A DNA stretch of 64,000 nucleotides, from NCBI GenBank assembly GCA_043228905.1, contig JBHGNT010000012.1:20460001-20524000 (forward strand). The letters run 5' to 3'. This stretch comes from Azolla caroliniana. Taxonomy: Eukaryota > Plantae > Polypodiophyta. This document shows, in pieces, positions 62,501-64,000 of the stretch. Below the pieces are notes generated by a model. The model had not been told where the DNA came from, ran no database searches, and saw only the letters and a list, made by a program, of their open reading frames with translations. A program made the translations under genes and the position numbers. Every line of letters begins with the position of its first letter. Positions within the stretch are counted from its first letter, which is position 1.

Positions 62501-64000
62501 CAGAAGGCATCTCCATGGACCCAGCTAAGGTCAAAACGGTGGTAGAATGGCAGACTCCGCGTTCGGTGTGGGATGTGCAATGCTTCTTAGGCTTTGCCAA
62601 TTTTTACCGGAAGTTCATACAAGATTACTCAAAGATCGTTCTACCTCTCACACAACTGACCAGGAAGGGACAACCGTTCATCTGGTCTGAAGAAACGGAC
62701 ATGGCTTTCGAGAGTCTTAAAAAGGCATTTACATCGGCTCCAATTCTAGCTCATGTCGATCCGGAAAAACCATTCATTATCGAAGCTGACACATCGGATT
62801 TTGCATTGAGGAGCATTCTGTCACAACAGGGGAATGATGAGAAGCTACATCCTGTGGCTTTTCACTCACGCAAGTTTGATACCGCCGAAATCAACTACGA
62901 AATTCATGATAAGGAGCTATTGGCAATAGTGGATTCTTTTATGCAATTCAGGCATTTTCTGGAGGGATCCTCTCATCCAGTCACCGTATTTAGTGACCAC
63001 AAGAATCTTGCCTACTTTCAGGATGCTCGTGTGTTGAATCGACGTCAAGCTCGGTGGGCCCACTTCCTCACGCGTTTCGACTTCAAAATTACATGTCGTC
63101 CGGGGAGGCACCAAGGGAAGGCAGATGCATTATCACGGCATTCGTATCTAGCACCCCGTCCCGGCGAGCCAGCTTTCGATAACCAAAAACAAGTCATCTT
63201 GGGACCGACACGACTACAAGCAACACAGATCTTTGACATGCCTATGGATTCCCGCGTTATTGATACCATATGTGAAGACTTGAAGACAGATGCGTTAGCC
63301 CAAGCTATACTAGCACAAATTGATCCCTCTCGAGTGTCGTGTTCACAGTCGCAACCACCAGGTACGGATTATCGGCAATTCAAATACCATGATGGATTAC
63401 TCTTCTTTAAAGAACTTTTGTATGTTCCTAATGGTTCTTGCCGCCTTTGAGTAGTACAAAACTGTCATGACACATATACAACTGGGCATTTTGGTAGTAC
63501 TAAAACATTAAATGTAGTACAACGAACATTCTGGTGGCCCTGTATGCGACAATTTGTCGAGGATTTTGTTCGGACTTGTGATACATGTTGCAGAGCGAAA
63601 ATGCCAATGCATCATCCATATGATTTATTAGAACCATTACCAATTCCAAGCAAGCCGTGGCAATCCATTGCTCTAGACTTCATCACAGATCTTGCAGTCT
63701 CTAAGGGGTTCAATGCGATTCTAACGGTGGTGGATCGATATACGAAGATGGCTCATTTCTTGCCATGTACTAAGGAGATCTCCAATGAAGACACTGCCGA
63801 AATTGTCATGCGTGAAGTATGTCGGCATCATGGACTTCCCGATAGTATCATCAACGACCGTGGACCCCAGTTCGTGTCAAAATTCTGGAAGCACCTTTTT
63901 AACATGCTCAAGGTCACTTGTAACCTCTCCTCCGGCTACCACCCACAAACTGACGGCCAAGCTGAACGAACAAATCAAACGTTGGAGCAGTATCTGCGGT
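59521..64000 (+). mobile_element. Ty3/gypsy retrotransposon (Tcn1/Tf1-like chromovirus type), running off the right edge: 5' LTR 59521-59954, gag 60029-61189, pol from ~61190
   Basis: LTR TGTCATGA...TCATGACA. Gag PTKFDG, LRQG, PTPMEID and CLYCDGPGHIAINC. Pol LLDSGAN, EWKTAF, MPFGL, YLDDLL, YEIHDKELLA, HHCC integrase and GYHPQTDGQAER. Premature stops in gag, at 62029 and at 63448. Confidence 0.96.

Overview
Eukaryotic, land-plant nuclear DNA, most likely a large-genome non-seed plant such as a fern. That assignment is inferred from the PLS-type PPR gene, the TE-filled long intron, the Tcn1-like Gypsy element and the repeat landscape. Five host genes sit among transposon debris: (1) an intronless MAPKKK of the MAPKKK15-21 type (2532-3989, -); (2) an intronless PLS/E-class PPR gene (14207-16141, -); (3) a two-exon triple-CCCH zinc-finger gene with a ~5.2 kb intron (24652-31162, +); (4) an intronless membrane protein of unknown function (40174-40911, -); (5) a five-exon gene that the ORF track shows only as fragments (45840-42667, -). 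Gene 5 splices cleanly into a 235-aa, six-TM protein resembling bacterial DUF1648/SdpI toxin-immunity proteins, and is the top finding. The rest is several Ty1/copia copies (one with a 5x amplified gag segment, one near-complete and strongly CCGG-enriched), a Ty3/gypsy element with a self-priming-type PBS, L1 and RTE-like LINE fragments, hAT-type MITEs with 8-bp TSDs, solo LTRs and micro/minisatellites. Family assignments come from motif recognition by eye; no database searches were run.
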